From Thermoplasmata archaeon (GTDB lineage Archaea; Thermoplasmatota; Thermoplasmata; GCA-020350865), in contig CP070751.1 of assembly GCA_020348445.1 (NCBI GenBank), positions 4,956,303 through 5,020,302 of the forward strand: a stretch of 64,000 bases of DNA. Direction: 5' to 3'. The notes below the pieces were generated by a model, which saw only the letters and a program-made list of their open reading frames with translations, was not told where the DNA came from and did not search any database. The translations under genes and the position numbers were made by a program. Below, piece by piece: positions 36,101 to 45,140 of this stretch (its first letter is position 1; every line of letters starts with the position of its first letter).

Positions 36101-38472
36101 ATGGTCCAGTAGCCTGAAGGGGGGGATCCAAAATAAGTTGCCGGGCCCGAAAAATAAGTGGTGTTCCATATGGAGACATTGGGGTCCTGGTACTCGAAAA
36201 ATGGTGTGAGTTGATCTTCTAAGTCTTGGGAATCACTGCAATTTGCGTGTATGAAGATGGTGTTGTTTCTCAGAAGGCTTTGGGGGCTTCCGCCATGGGG
36301 TGAAATATCAATGGCCACAGGCTTGGATTTTATCACGACTGTAACATTGCGGCTCTTCCAAATCACTGGACGAGACATTCCAGATTCAGCTCCTTTTTGG
36401 GCACTCACATTATGAGGTGTTGTGTTATTTTTACCAGCCGAGGTCTGGACATATTCTGTTGCAATGATCCATTTAATCCAACCGTTGTTGCCAAATCCTG
36501 TGTTTCCGCTCCATTCTGTGACTCCAAAGAGGTCATTTACCATGACATCTGCATCGTCCACTCCAAAACCTAAAAAATCTTCCACCTTAACATCCAGGAA
36601 CCATTTGACTTTGAGGTCCGATTCAGAATCCTCAACACGGACAGAGGAGTTGTCATGGGAAGTGTTGAGGGCTATAACATGGGAGTTGCTAGTCAAGTTG
36701 AAGTCATATGAGATGGAGGAAATGGAGGAGTTGGTGATGTTCAATATTGAGTCTATGCACGTTATGCCGTACAGGTTGTTGTTGAAAGTTGAGTTGATGA
36801 TCTCAATATCCCTGCTCTCTATGGAAACGATTCCACTAGCCGCATTGTCAGATACTATGTTGTCCTCAAAAATACCAGATCCTTTGAAATAATCAAAATA
36901 TACGCCATCCCAATTTTGGCTGCCTGAAAAATCGTTGTTCTTAACTGTAAAACTTCCGCCATTTAACGTGAATAGATAGAAATTATAGTCCCAGTTGTTT
37001 TTGACTTCATTATTCGTCATGGTAAGAGATATGCTATCATAAGAATCAAATATCACGCCTGGTCCAAAGTTATCGTTGAAGTTATTGTTGTGAATCGAGC
37101 AGGTTTGGTTTTTAAACGAAACAGCATAAAGTGCATAATCACCACTTAGCACCTCGTTTCTCTCCGAAGTAAGATATAAGTTCTCGGCAGACCAGATTTC
37201 TATGCCTGATCCGCTGGTGTCGACGATCCTGTTATCTGTGATTTCTGCATATACGGTCCTGTTTCCCGGGGTATTATAGAAATAATCAATTAATATTCCT
37301 CCTATGTTATTCCACAACTCGTTATTTCCAACGCGGTATCGGCTCTCAGCATCCTCAGCATAGGAATACATAGCTCCCCAAGTGGTGTTGGTAATATTGT
37401 TGTTATACACCTCAGCATTGATAGGGCCCCAGTTTTCCACATAAATGCCGTCGTTATTGTCCTGTATTTTGTTATGGGAGATGTTGTAAGTGATATTTGT
37501 TCCAAGTCCCATCCAGTTATTGGTGAGCCAGATACCGTAATAATTACTTGTCAAGTTGTTGTTCAGAATTGTGGCGTTGAGTGTGGCTCTGTCTCCCTCA
37601 GCTATGATAAATATCCCTTCATAACCGTTTTTTTCTATGTTGTTGTCGTTTATCGTGGCTATGATATCCTCCAAACCCGAGAATATGAAGATACCGTTTT
37701 CTGTATTATTTATTATATCGTTACCAGATAAAGTGGCTGTGATTGAGCCGATATCTGAACTGATATCAATACCGCCGAATCCTCCACGGTTGTCCATGAT
37801 AACATTATCTGTGACTGAAATGGTGAGGTCAGCAAGCACAGCCTCTATCTTGATTCCAGATTCGCTGTTATTTGAGACGTTGTTGTTTGTGAGGGTAATA
37901 TCAGGATGTGTGCCATTTATACCCCAGACATTTTTCGTTATTATGTTATTGTCGATTGTGATGGGATTAACAGAATCGATATGGATGCCTTCTTCTGCAT
38001 ATTCTATGTGGCAAAATTGAATTTCTCCTCCTCCGCCAGAGAAATCCAATGAGCTCCAATTCCCGGGACCAGGTGTACTGCTGTTTGAGGTGAATGTGAT
38101 TCTAGAACCAAGCGTGCCCACGCAAGAAAGGGTCCCTTCAACTATTATGCTAAAGGATCCGTTGAAGTAAATGTTGCAGCCGGCTTCGATTGTCAAGGTA
38201 TAACCAAAGTTCACAGTGTAATTTCCCTCGATATAATGATCTGGTACAGAGTTTGCCCATCTGACTTGAGAAAGGATTGGGTCCGCATCATTTGGCCCGT
38301 TATCCTCATCTGAGCAGCTGGCAGAACCAGTATTCCCGTGTGTGTTTCCAGATACCATAGGATATAAGGTTGGGATAACTAGCACAACAATACTTGCAAG
38401 CAACGTAAAGGTTACGGTGAGTGTGAATATCCTCCTCAAAAGAGGCCCACTTTTTTTAGATTTAGGAGACAT
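33163..38472 (-). CDS. Giant surface adhesin-like protein: signal peptide, right-handed beta-helix repeats, 7 Ig-like repeats, PKD domain, Ca-binding-type Asp repeats, TM, Pro-rich cytoplasmic tail, C-terminal zinc ribbon
   Basis: PbH1-like 'NN[IL]..N...GI.[IL]' periodicity over aa 150-600. Seven units of about 108 aa. PKD 'FLWDFGDGQTSSSESPTYTYDEPGDYPVTLTVTDKDDG'. 'DSDSDGLLDSWE...DPDNDGLTNLQE'. TM 'MMMYLLLLVIIIVLVVLLVVMLL'. Tail 'PPPPVAAPPPPPAPPPPVP'. Zinc ribbon 'CPKCKNAFKINLKKGPNTIKCPSCG'. Confidence 0.85.
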   Translation of the reverse strand: MSPKSKKSGPLLRRIFTLTVTFTLLASIVVLVIPTLYPMVSGNTHGNTGSASCSDEDNGPNDADPILSQVRWANSVPDHYIEGNYTVNFGYTLTIEAGCNIYFNGSFSIIVEGTLSCVGTLGSRITFTSNSSTPGPGNWSSLDFSGGGGEIQFCHIEYAEEGIHIDSVNPITIDNNIITKNVWGINGTHPDITLTNNNVSNNSESGIKIEAVLADLTISVTDNVIMDNRGGFGGIDISSDIGSITATLSGNDIINNTENGIFIFSGLEDIIATINDNNIEKNGYEGIFIIAEGDRATLNATILNNNLTSNYYGIWLTNNWMGLGTNITYNISHNKIQDNNDGIYVENWGPINAEVYNNNITNTTWGAMYSYAEDAESRYRVGNNELWNNIGGILIDYFYNTPGNRTVYAEITDNRIVDTSGSGIEIWSAENLYLTSERNEVLSGDYALYAVSFKNQTCSIHNNNFNDNFGPGVIFDSYDSISLTMTNNEVKNNWDYNFYLFTLNGGSFTVKNNDFSGSQNWDGVYFDYFKGSGIFEDNIVSDNAASGIVSIESRDIEIINSTFNNNLYGITCIDSILNITNSSISSISYDFNLTSNSHVIALNTSHDNSSVRVEDSESDLKVKWFLDVKVEDFLGFGVDDADVMVNDLFGVTEWSGNTGFGNNGWIKWIIATEYVQTSAGKNNTTPHNVSAQKGAESGMSRPVIWKSRNVTVVIKSKPVAIDISPHGGSPQSLLRNNTIFIHANCSDSQDLEDQLTPFFEYQDPNVSIWNTTYFSGPATYFGSPPSGYWTIPFSPSVLAPLGWYDLRVRFKNTLEAFSGFVYANDSVLVENNPPVVLDLTMESNSVFRTQSIYIYANGMDTEDSEDMLDAIFEYNDPEGTGWATDYLSAPTYTGGQWMVSFSPSYDAALGTYDFRVRFSDTTGDLSDFLYVYDNVEVKNNPPEVLDLIVESDTVFRTQSIYIYANGTDTEDSEDLLDAVFEYNDPEGTGWATDYLSAPTYTGGRWRITFSPSYDAVLGTYDFRVRFNDTAGDLSDFIYVYDGVEVKNNAPTTTNILISSSNVLRTETIFIYANGDDVEDSEAGITPHFECKESGSTIWTTNYLFEPVYVGGQWRINFTPSANALLSTYDFRIRFNDSALSFSEWIYENQSVVVNNNLPQADSISSSGFEVVRGSSLYIYANGSDIEDPENSLKTEFYYRIAGSGSWYNTSFSGKTYINEQWRIEFSPPFDMTLGDYEFRVGFYDSNGGFSNWLVLSGIITVQNSLPSVDTIDVTSSQIYRTESVVIYATGSDLENLPSDMTSTFQYKPSSSSTWNDLSGASYSYSNNRFEVSFTPSTTFAIGDYDFRVRLLDSDSDYSNWYYLNESLEVKNNIPSVLDLSLSDTEVFREDVIYLYANAQDDEKDEDDLIPTFEYSLDEFFWDTSYLGTPMYISGQWQVELSPPKDADLGDYSFRVSFSDGDDSSYLMYKYNALDIKNNIPTVNIDTSENQNDLTVSFSATVSDSEDSASSLSFLWDFGDGQTSSSESPTYTYDEPGDYPVTLTVTDKDDGTGQDMINITIEVDEEDSDSDGLLDSWEQEHFGNLNYGPEDDPDNDGLTNLQEQQAGSDPNEEDDGEKDNGTTTNDADEGDKMMMYLLLLVIIIVLVVLLVVMLLTRKKKKTEVIPPVIPAVAPVAQEVSAAPPVPPAEVAAPVVTPQVEQPQPISQPPPPVAAPPPPPAPPPPVPTETEPTFTKTIRCPKCKNAFKINLKKGPNTIKCPSCGVSGQINL
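34045..36335 (-). repeat. Seven tandem ~324-nt coding repeats (Ig-like domains); units 2 and 3 (35335-35982) are near-identical
   Basis: The unit signature is 'R[TG][QE]S[IL]YIYANG.D.ED.E..L...FEY......W......G.....G.W...FSP......G.Y.FRVRF.D'. Confidence 0.8.
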
Positions 38473-38748
38473 TTTTTTCCTCTTTATTATGATATTATTT
38501 TTTTATGTAAAGCATCACTCAATATATAAAGTGGTATTATGTATATATCAACTTTACGCCATGAGAATCTCGAGGCTAAAGCCACCTTTTCCCAGGGAAA
38601 TACAAAAAATCTGTTTATTTATAAACAAGCCATGGGAATGTAGAAATTAAAAAACTCTAGATAATATATCACAAAAAACAACCTAAAACTTCAATCCAAT
38701 TAAAGTGGCTGGGTAACCTTAAAAAACCTATAAATCCATGCGGGTGCC

Positions 38749-39321
38749 ATGGATGAAGAGAATTATCTTTTAAAAGGCCAAGCCTTCTTGGGAATAATAA
38801 ATTACGTCAAGGAAAGGCGGGGTCAGAGGGGAGTTGAGCAGATATTTTCCATTCTAAAGAAGGAAGCACCGGATATGTACGTGTCGCCTGATGAGTTCAT
38901 AACAAAGGAGTCGTATCCCGACCTTCTGTTCATTAAACTTCTTGAGATCATGGACAGGCAGATTGGACAGGGGGACCTTTCAGAATGTTACAACTTCGGT
39001 CTTTACGATTCCCACCATCTTGGGGTTGCGGGGTATTTTATCTCATTTTTGGGAAATCCCTCCACAGTGATCAAGAAGGCTCCCAAGTCTTGGAAGTACT
39101 ACCACAACAAGGGGGAGCTGGTGGTCACTAAATTAGAACCTGGTATCGGGATACTTGAGCTTCGGGACTATATCAAATCCACCACGATCTGCAAGCAGCT
39201 TGAGGGATTCTTCACAGGCGCTGCAAAGCAGACAAAGGGCAAGAATATACAGGTTAACAAGACAAAATGCAAAAGCCATGGGGATTTGGTGTGCGAGTTC
39301 ACAGTTACATGGGACGAGTAA
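38749..39321 (+). CDS. V4R (4-vinyl reductase)-like small-molecule-binding domain protein
   Basis: The C-terminus 'KCKSHGDLVCEFTVTW' resembles the C-x3-GD-x2-C ending of V4R domains. 190 aa, soluble. Confidence 0.45.
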   Translation: MDEENYLLKGQAFLGIINYVKERRGQRGVEQIFSILKKEAPDMYVSPDEFITKESYPDLLFIKLLEIMDRQIGQGDLSECYNFGLYDSHHLGVAGYFISFLGNPSTVIKKAPKSWKYYHNKGELVVTKLEPGIGILELRDYIKSTTICKQLEGFFTGAAKQTKGKNIQVNKTKCKSHGDLVCEFTVTWDE

Positions 39322-39464
39322 AAAAATGGGATATAGGTGGTCAGCATAAAACCTCTACTTTATTAAGCTCGAGCTTTCCCCTTCCATTGCGCAGGGTGGG
39401 ATTTAGATCTTGGATATTCATCCCTGAAAACCTCAGTGACATATGAAATAAAACCTCAGAAAAA

Positions 39465-40919
39465 TCAGATGAAAATAAAGGATAAAACGGCGATTACCTC
39501 GCTGAATATGATGAACGCCATCACCCCAACCTGGGAAATAGAGCTACCCTTTGCCTCGTGAAGGCCGAACGAGATAACAGGAAGTCCGATAAATAGCTCC
39601 ACCACACATTCCATGTACTTCTCTCTCTGCGCCAATACTATGCCCAGGAAAATGAACAGCATCCCAAGACATATGGGAAGTGTGTTTTTAAGGGCGCTTA
39701 TCATATCCTCGCACCCTTTTTCTGAAAGGAACCTAATGGCCACCAAAAACAAACCTATAAGCAGCCATAAAAGCACGCTTGCGGTTTTCATAGAATTCAA
39801 GGTGAATTTATCCAGTGTCAAGATCATGAGGCAAAATACCGCGATGAAAGCTCCCGCCCCCACACACAAGGATCGCAATAAATATGCTCCTTTCATCTTT
39901 TCTATCTCATTCGAAATCATTATCATTGCAGCGCCCGCGATTACCCAGAAAGGGGAAAACGAGGGAGATGAAGAGAAAAGTTTGGGGATAAAGAAGGAAA
40001 ATGCACCAAAGAGCACGATGAATACTCCCAAAGAAAGGGCAAGTTCGCTTCTCGCACGTTTTGAAAGGGGTTTTACAAATATGAGCAAAACATAAATAGG
40101 CACAAGGACGGCAATCATTATCAAGGCCTGCTCCAAATCGTACTCGGCATCTAAAAAAAATCCAAATACAAACACTATACAACTTGCCAGGATAACTCCG
40201 GTCAGAATCAAAAGCCCCCTGGTTATGGGTTTTATGCCCCTCGTTTCACCAGGCCCTAAATAATCCTTTGCCAATAGTTCATGCGGTATACTCTGATCCT
40301 TGGTTGTTGTCTTTGCAGCGATAAAATCCTCGGCACAGTACATGCAGGTTATGGAAAAACCAGTTACCCCTTCATCAAGTGTAATTGTTTTTATCTCGAA
40401 ATCGTAATTTATCTTCCCGCAGAACGGGCAGGATATCGCCCTTTCTTCCTCCTTGTCCATCTTCTGTTCTTTTTGGGATTCAGGTGGTTTTTCTTGGAAT
40501 TCCCCGTCATCCGAGAGGCGATTTAATATCTCTAAAAGGCCGAGTTTCTCCTCCAGGAACCTGTTAAGTTCAGATATTTTGACTTCCGAGGATTTACCAT
40601 TTTTATCCACAAAAAAAATATTTTTATCTGATATGGCCACTTTGATTCTTAGCGCCTCAGCCTGGCCTATATGGGAAAGAAAGTAAGCGTTCTTGCGTCT
40701 CTCCTGTCCATGGAACCTTGCCTTGACCTCCTCGACATAATCCTTTTCCTTAAGATCCTTTAAAGCGGATGCGATGTGGCTTCTTCTTACACCCACGGCC
40801 TCTGCCATACCGTCTTGAGACACATGCTCAGGAACCTCAAAAGAATCCCTGTATTTTGTATACGCTAGAAGATGAATGAGGATTTTCTCCTTGACTGTTA
40901 CTCGGACGCGGTCTGCCAT
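39465..40919 (-). CDS. Membrane-tethered transcription-regulator-like protein: N-terminal wHTH, zinc ribbon, ~8-TM C-terminal domain
   Basis: wHTH 'VSQDGMAEAVGVRRSHIASALKDLKEKDYVEE'. Zinc ribbon 'CPFCGKINYDF...ITCMYCAEDF'. A polytopic hydrophobic C-terminal half follows. Confidence 0.6.
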   Translation of the reverse strand: MADRVRVTVKEKILIHLLAYTKYRDSFEVPEHVSQDGMAEAVGVRRSHIASALKDLKEKDYVEEVKARFHGQERRKNAYFLSHIGQAEALRIKVAISDKNIFFVDKNGKSSEVKISELNRFLEEKLGLLEILNRLSDDGEFQEKPPESQKEQKMDKEEERAISCPFCGKINYDFEIKTITLDEGVTGFSITCMYCAEDFIAAKTTTKDQSIPHELLAKDYLGPGETRGIKPITRGLLILTGVILASCIVFVFGFFLDAEYDLEQALIMIAVLVPIYVLLIFVKPLSKRARSELALSLGVFIVLFGAFSFFIPKLFSSSPSFSPFWVIAGAAMIMISNEIEKMKGAYLLRSLCVGAGAFIAVFCLMILTLDKFTLNSMKTASVLLWLLIGLFLVAIRFLSEKGCEDMISALKNTLPICLGMLFIFLGIVLAQREKYMECVVELFIGLPVISFGLHEAKGSSISQVGVMAFIIFSEVIAVLSFIFI

Positions 40920-41248
40920 CTGCCGTCACCATTGCTTGCGGGATATAAATTGGTTTTGTTTCACTGGGTAAATTGCGGAAATATATGTTGAAAGGAGGTT
41001 GCCTTTTTCTGAGGACTCAATCGAAGGCGAGGTTAAACTTCAAAGGCAACCTCCCTTCTTTTTAGGCGCGTTTTGGCGGAGAATGGCAGCATATCAGGAA
41101 GTAGAATCACGATTAGGCAAGGGGGCGTATGGGGATTTGATATCCTTCCTATTTTATCATCACTTCAAAGCGAATTTATCTTTTTGGATGAGAAAGTACC
41201 GACTCTAGGATTCAGATCAACCTCTTTAACATCCAAAGTGAAATTAAC

Positions 41249-41431
41249 TCAACTGTAATCACTACCAAGAGTACCACGAATTCCATCATGATCTCCCTCC
41301 CAGAGAGTCGATACTTTCTTTTTAGTTTCGATCTTATCATTCAAATCAGAATCGTAAAATTCGAATGCGAAAGTCCCTTTGCCTAAAAACACTGGGTTTT
41401 CGGTGGGTATAAAAGCGACCTTCGCATTCAT
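41249..41431 (-). CDS. Possible small hypothetical protein
   Basis: 60-aa ORF starting at 'MNAKVAFIP'. No recognisable motif. Confidence 0.2.
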   Translation of the reverse strand: MNAKVAFIPTENPVFLGKGTFAFEFYDSDLNDKIETKKKVSTLWEGDHDGIRGTLGSDYS

Positions 41432-41555
41432 GAACACACACATCCTTTGAATAATACTATTAATAATAGGTCTAATAAAAGTTATTTTGACATGTAATTG
41501 ACATGTCACTTATAAGGTGGATTTCATGTTAATTTATGTACATGGGTAGAAAAAA

Positions 41556-42272
41556 CTAATCCGACTTTTTCCTTTGCTCTCTTTGGCGCCTTCTTGCCTC
41601 CCTTCGTCTCTTTTTCATCATCTCAGGGGAAACTGACTTGGGCATCAGTTCTCTAAGGACGTACCAGAACAGGCCGATTGCAAGCACTGTGGCAATGAAA
41701 AGTGGGCCGTACTTCAATCCTCCCTCTGAGGATATATAGATAAGGAAGAACAGGTTGTATATGGCATGTAAAATGTAGGCCCTGATAAAGTAGTTTGCAA
41801 CCTCGTTTTTTGCGCACCCGTAACCTATCATAACCCCCATTGCCCCGTTAAGAAGGGAGAAATTGAACGAGAGCACAACCAAATCAAAATATGTCTGGGG
41901 ATTTCCCAGAGTTTCGGGATGGGCAGAGAAAACCGAGAACGCTATTGCGATGATGGCCATGGAACCGATACCCAGCCCCAGACCTGCACCAAAATATACT
42001 GTTTCATGTTTGCCCTTCAATCTGGGATAGTTCAGTATGACGAGCTTGGCCAATTCTTCAAAAAACGGAAGTAGGATCACGAGGATCACAAATGTGTACT
42101 CTATGAGCATGTGAAGCACAGTTATTATCATGCCAAGAACCATGCCCACTGCAAACGTTAAAAATATGTTCTTGCCCGCAAAGAACTCTTCGTATCGCCT
42201 GAGCAGGATGTACAGCAGTAAAATAGCCGGTGCAAAGCCGATTACGCTCGCCACTGACATTTCAATGTTCAA
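41556..42272 (-). CDS. PrsW-family intramembrane protease
   Basis: Polytopic membrane protein with 'FFEELAKL' (E-E-x-x-K) and 'HAIYNLFF' (H-x-x-x-N), the PrsW signature pair. Basic C-terminal tail. Confidence 0.7.
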   Translation of the reverse strand: MNIEMSVASVIGFAPAILLLYILLRRYEEFFAGKNIFLTFAVGMVLGMIITVLHMLIEYTFVILVILLPFFEELAKLVILNYPRLKGKHETVYFGAGLGLGIGSMAIIAIAFSVFSAHPETLGNPQTYFDLVVLSFNFSLLNGAMGVMIGYGCAKNEVANYFIRAYILHAIYNLFFLIYISSEGGLKYGPLFIATVLAIGLFWYVLRELMPKSVSPEMMKKRRREARRRQREQRKKSD

Positions 42273-42405
42273 TGTATCGGCGCAGAATGTTTTTTCGGGT
42301 AATTAGGGTTTAGGGTTAAATTAAATAAAATTTACAGATTTTATTGGAATAATAAAATGGCTGCGGTAACGTAATGAATAATCAAGGATGATAAATGAGG
42401 TGCAT

Positions 42406-42897
42406 TCAGGTAGAAGGTCTTGATGTGAGATTTGAAAAATTATGTAAGGACTTACCAACTCTTTTTCCAGCACACAAGGCTATCTTGTACATTTTTGACA
42501 GCTCTAATTGCGAAAGCCGCCATTTCATACACCTTAGGGCAAGCCTCCTTTTTTTCTCTTCTATATAAGATCCATCACATTCAGAGCAATGATAAATTTC
42601 CCTAACTTCGCAGAAACCATCGTCTTTTGATTTATATTCTGTGTAAATATCCAATGTATCTATCTTTCCATTTGTCTGTTGATGAATAAAAAGATGGAGG
42701 TAATATGGATATTCGTTGGCAGTTTTCAGTCTTTTTAAAAGGGCAGGATCCAGGGATTTAATTGTATTGTAGATTTCATTTACGTAGCACACTGCAAACG
42801 CTCGGGAAGCCTTCTTAGCCAACTCGATTTCACCCTTAGCCAGATTATTATAATCCTGATTAAAATTGATCTCTTCATCTCCAAGCAAAGAACTCAT
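42406..42897 (-). CDS. Hypothetical protein
   Basis: The ATG at 42897 is preceded by 'GGGGAGG'. Contains 'CSECDGSY'. No family recognised. Confidence 0.4.
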   Translation of the reverse strand: MSSLLGDEEINFNQDYNNLAKGEIELAKKASRAFAVCYVNEIYNTIKSLDPALLKRLKTANEYPYYLHLFIHQQTNGKIDTLDIYTEYKSKDDGFCEVREIYHCSECDGSYIEEKKRRLALRCMKWRLSQLELSKMYKIALCAGKRVGKSLHNFSNLTSRPST

Positions 42898-43216
42898 ACT
42901 ACCTCCCCAGGTCACGAGTTGCACTGTATAATACCGGTGAAGTTGTATAAACCGTTTCAAGTATATGAATGTTTTGAAAATTGTCTTATATATTTTTAAA
43001 ATTTGGGACTTTTTCTTAGAAATTTATATAAATATAGTACAAAGTTTAAATAATATTAAATATTATGGGTTATATAAACCGCATACATATGAAATAATTG
43101 ATATATTCGGTACACCATACTAATATCTCCTCTTGGAATATGTACAGTATATAAATATAATCACTAAATATATGTACATATTAAATGACGGTTTAAAGAA
43201 GGGAGGGACCGGAAAT

Positions 43217-43840
43217 ATGACTAATAAAACCGAATACAGGCCCGATGAATTGGATATTAAAATCATGTCAAGGCTTCAGTCTGATTGCAACGTCTCAATC
43301 AGGAAACTGGGGAAGATTCTTGGCATTCCCACCTCAACAGTACAGCGGAGGGTGGCTAACCTTCAAGAAAGGGGGATAATCAAGGGTTACTCTGCCATTC
43401 TCAACAAGGAACACCTTGGTTACTTCACGATTTTCTCGCTGATAAAGGTGGCAACCGGTTTTGTCAAGGACGAGGGAGGTTATCTTGAAAATTTTGCAGA
43501 GGATGAGGTAAGAGAGAGGTATAACGTTGAGCATGAACGCTATTTTATAGTGGACTCTGAAAACAATCTTAAAACCAATCCATGGGAGTTCGTATCAAAT
43601 GTTCTCGCCTCCTTGACACCAAAGGTTTATGGAGATGATGTGGCAGCTGTTCAAATCATATATGCACTTCACGGAAGGTTCGATATTCTCATCAAGATAG
43701 TGGGAACTGATCAGAAGATATGCGGTAAGTACATAGAGGACAAGATCGCGATAATCCCAGGGATTGTGGATACCGAATCTTTTACTGTTTTCGACATGAA
43801 AAAGGACGACGAAAAACTGCCTTTTTTGACGAAGATCTAG
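43217..43840 (+). CDS. Lrp/AsnC-family transcriptional regulator (with extended effector domain)
   Basis: 'LDIKIMSRLQSDCNVSIRKLGKILGIPTSTVQRRVANLQERGIIKGYSAIL'. The ATG at 43217 is preceded by 'AAGGGAGGGA'. Confidence 0.75.
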   Translation: MTNKTEYRPDELDIKIMSRLQSDCNVSIRKLGKILGIPTSTVQRRVANLQERGIIKGYSAILNKEHLGYFTIFSLIKVATGFVKDEGGYLENFAEDEVRERYNVEHERYFIVDSENNLKTNPWEFVSNVLASLTPKVYGDDVAAVQIIYALHGRFDILIKIVGTDQKICGKYIEDKIAIIPGIVDTESFTVFDMKKDDEKLPFLTKI

Positions 43841-43854
43841 AGCCGGCATTTTAC

Positions 43855-44367
43855 TTATTCATCCAATCTATGGTATTCTGGGTCAGGATGCATATGTAGG
43901 AACAGAATGAAATCGTTGGATGGGTTTATCGTTGATTTGGGAATATAGGTTCCCTCTTTGTTCTTCCCGTAAAAGGTTGTGCTCATGTTGTACAGATTTA
44001 TGATATTTCCATTTTCGTTCTCGATGTGAATGTGATTGAAGATAAAAAACGAGGGTTTGTAATTCAAGGATGTGGCATTTACTGGATCCTGATGTGCATA
44101 GTAAGAGCTAAAGCCCTCCTTTGTAAGTTCGTGATCTGTTAAAATCATCTCATTGCTGCAGTATTGGTTGTCCCCCTGATTCCAAAATATCTTATTGTGG
44201 GAATCCACTACATCAACAAGCCCATCATTGTTTACATCCTTTAAGGCAATAGCTGAGGGCGGAACATCTGATACTGTAAGAAGTGCGCAGGAGGCTACAA
44301 TGGCCAGTGACACAACAAAGGTCACGCAAAGGGACAATAACTTCATATGCTTCATTTTTAACACCAT
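43855..44367 (-). CDS. Secreted hypothetical protein
   Basis: Signal-like 'MKLLSLCVTFVVSLAIVASCALL' and an FG-GAP/VCBS-like 'DVNNDGLVDVVD'. Confidence 0.4.
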   Translation of the reverse strand: MVLKMKHMKLLSLCVTFVVSLAIVASCALLTVSDVPPSAIALKDVNNDGLVDVVDSHNKIFWNQGDNQYCSNEMILTDHELTKEGFSSYYAHQDPVNATSLNYKPSFFIFNHIHIENENGNIINLYNMSTTFYGKNKEGTYIPKSTINPSNDFILFLHMHPDPEYHRLDE

Positions 44368-44431
44368 ATTATAGATGAAAAATACGCTATAAATAAAGTC
44401 TGGTTTAATTTTTGACAGCTAAAGTAATCAA

Positions 44432-45061
44432 TTAATCAGCAATAAAATATCGACATCTGTTAATCTCTCGAACTTCTATTACTTCACCTTTTTTCACAAG
44501 GGGTTTTATGTTGTAGTTCACAACCTGCCTGCTTATCCCTAGAATAGATGCGATTTGGGTTTGGGAGAGGCCCTCTTTATCCTTGATGGCAAGTAAAATC
44601 TGTTCCTGGATTTTCGAAACCTCAGATGCCTTCTGCCCTGTTAGATAATAGCGGGTGTATTTCCCTGTTCTTTTTGATTTGATGTATCCTTCCCGCTCAA
44701 GGACCCTGACGTGATATTGGCATTCACCCGCAGCCAATCTAAGTTCCCGTGTGATTGTTCCGAAGGTTATTCCGGGATTTCTTGAGATGATATCGTAGAT
44801 GTTTTCCCTGGTTTGGTTTAAGAAAAGGTTGGCTGGGGTTTTATGGTAAAGTGGTATTATAAGAAATGGTATGTCAACGATACCTTGATCATCTAAATTT
44901 ATAAGATCATCATATTTTTCGACACTTGTTACAGAGCCAAAGTCCCGCTCATCTTCATCATCGATTTCACTTACTCCCGATAAAAAGGTTGAGAAGGTTA
45001 TTAATATTACAAGGGCCAGTCCAATAATATGGGATAATTTTAAGTTCAGCATGATATTCAC
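44432..45061 (-). CDS. Membrane-anchored double-wHTH (ArsR-like) regulator
   Basis: N-terminal TM 'IIGLALVILITFSTFL'. wHTH segments 'IYDIISRNPGITFGTITRELRLAAGECQYHVRVLEREGYI' and 'ILLAIKDKEGLSQTQIASILGISRQVVNYNIKPLVKKGEV'. Confidence 0.55.
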   Translation of the reverse strand: MNIMLNLKLSHIIGLALVILITFSTFLSGVSEIDDEDERDFGSVTSVEKYDDLINLDDQGIVDIPFLIIPLYHKTPANLFLNQTRENIYDIISRNPGITFGTITRELRLAAGECQYHVRVLEREGYIKSKRTGKYTRYYLTGQKASEVSKIQEQILLAIKDKEGLSQTQIASILGISRQVVNYNIKPLVKKGEVIEVREINRCRYFIAD

Positions 45062-45140
45062 CCAATTATTTTAATAATGCAACTTTATTTAAACCTATTG
45101 GTTGGATTTTTGACAGTTATTATTGGTATGATTTGATTTA

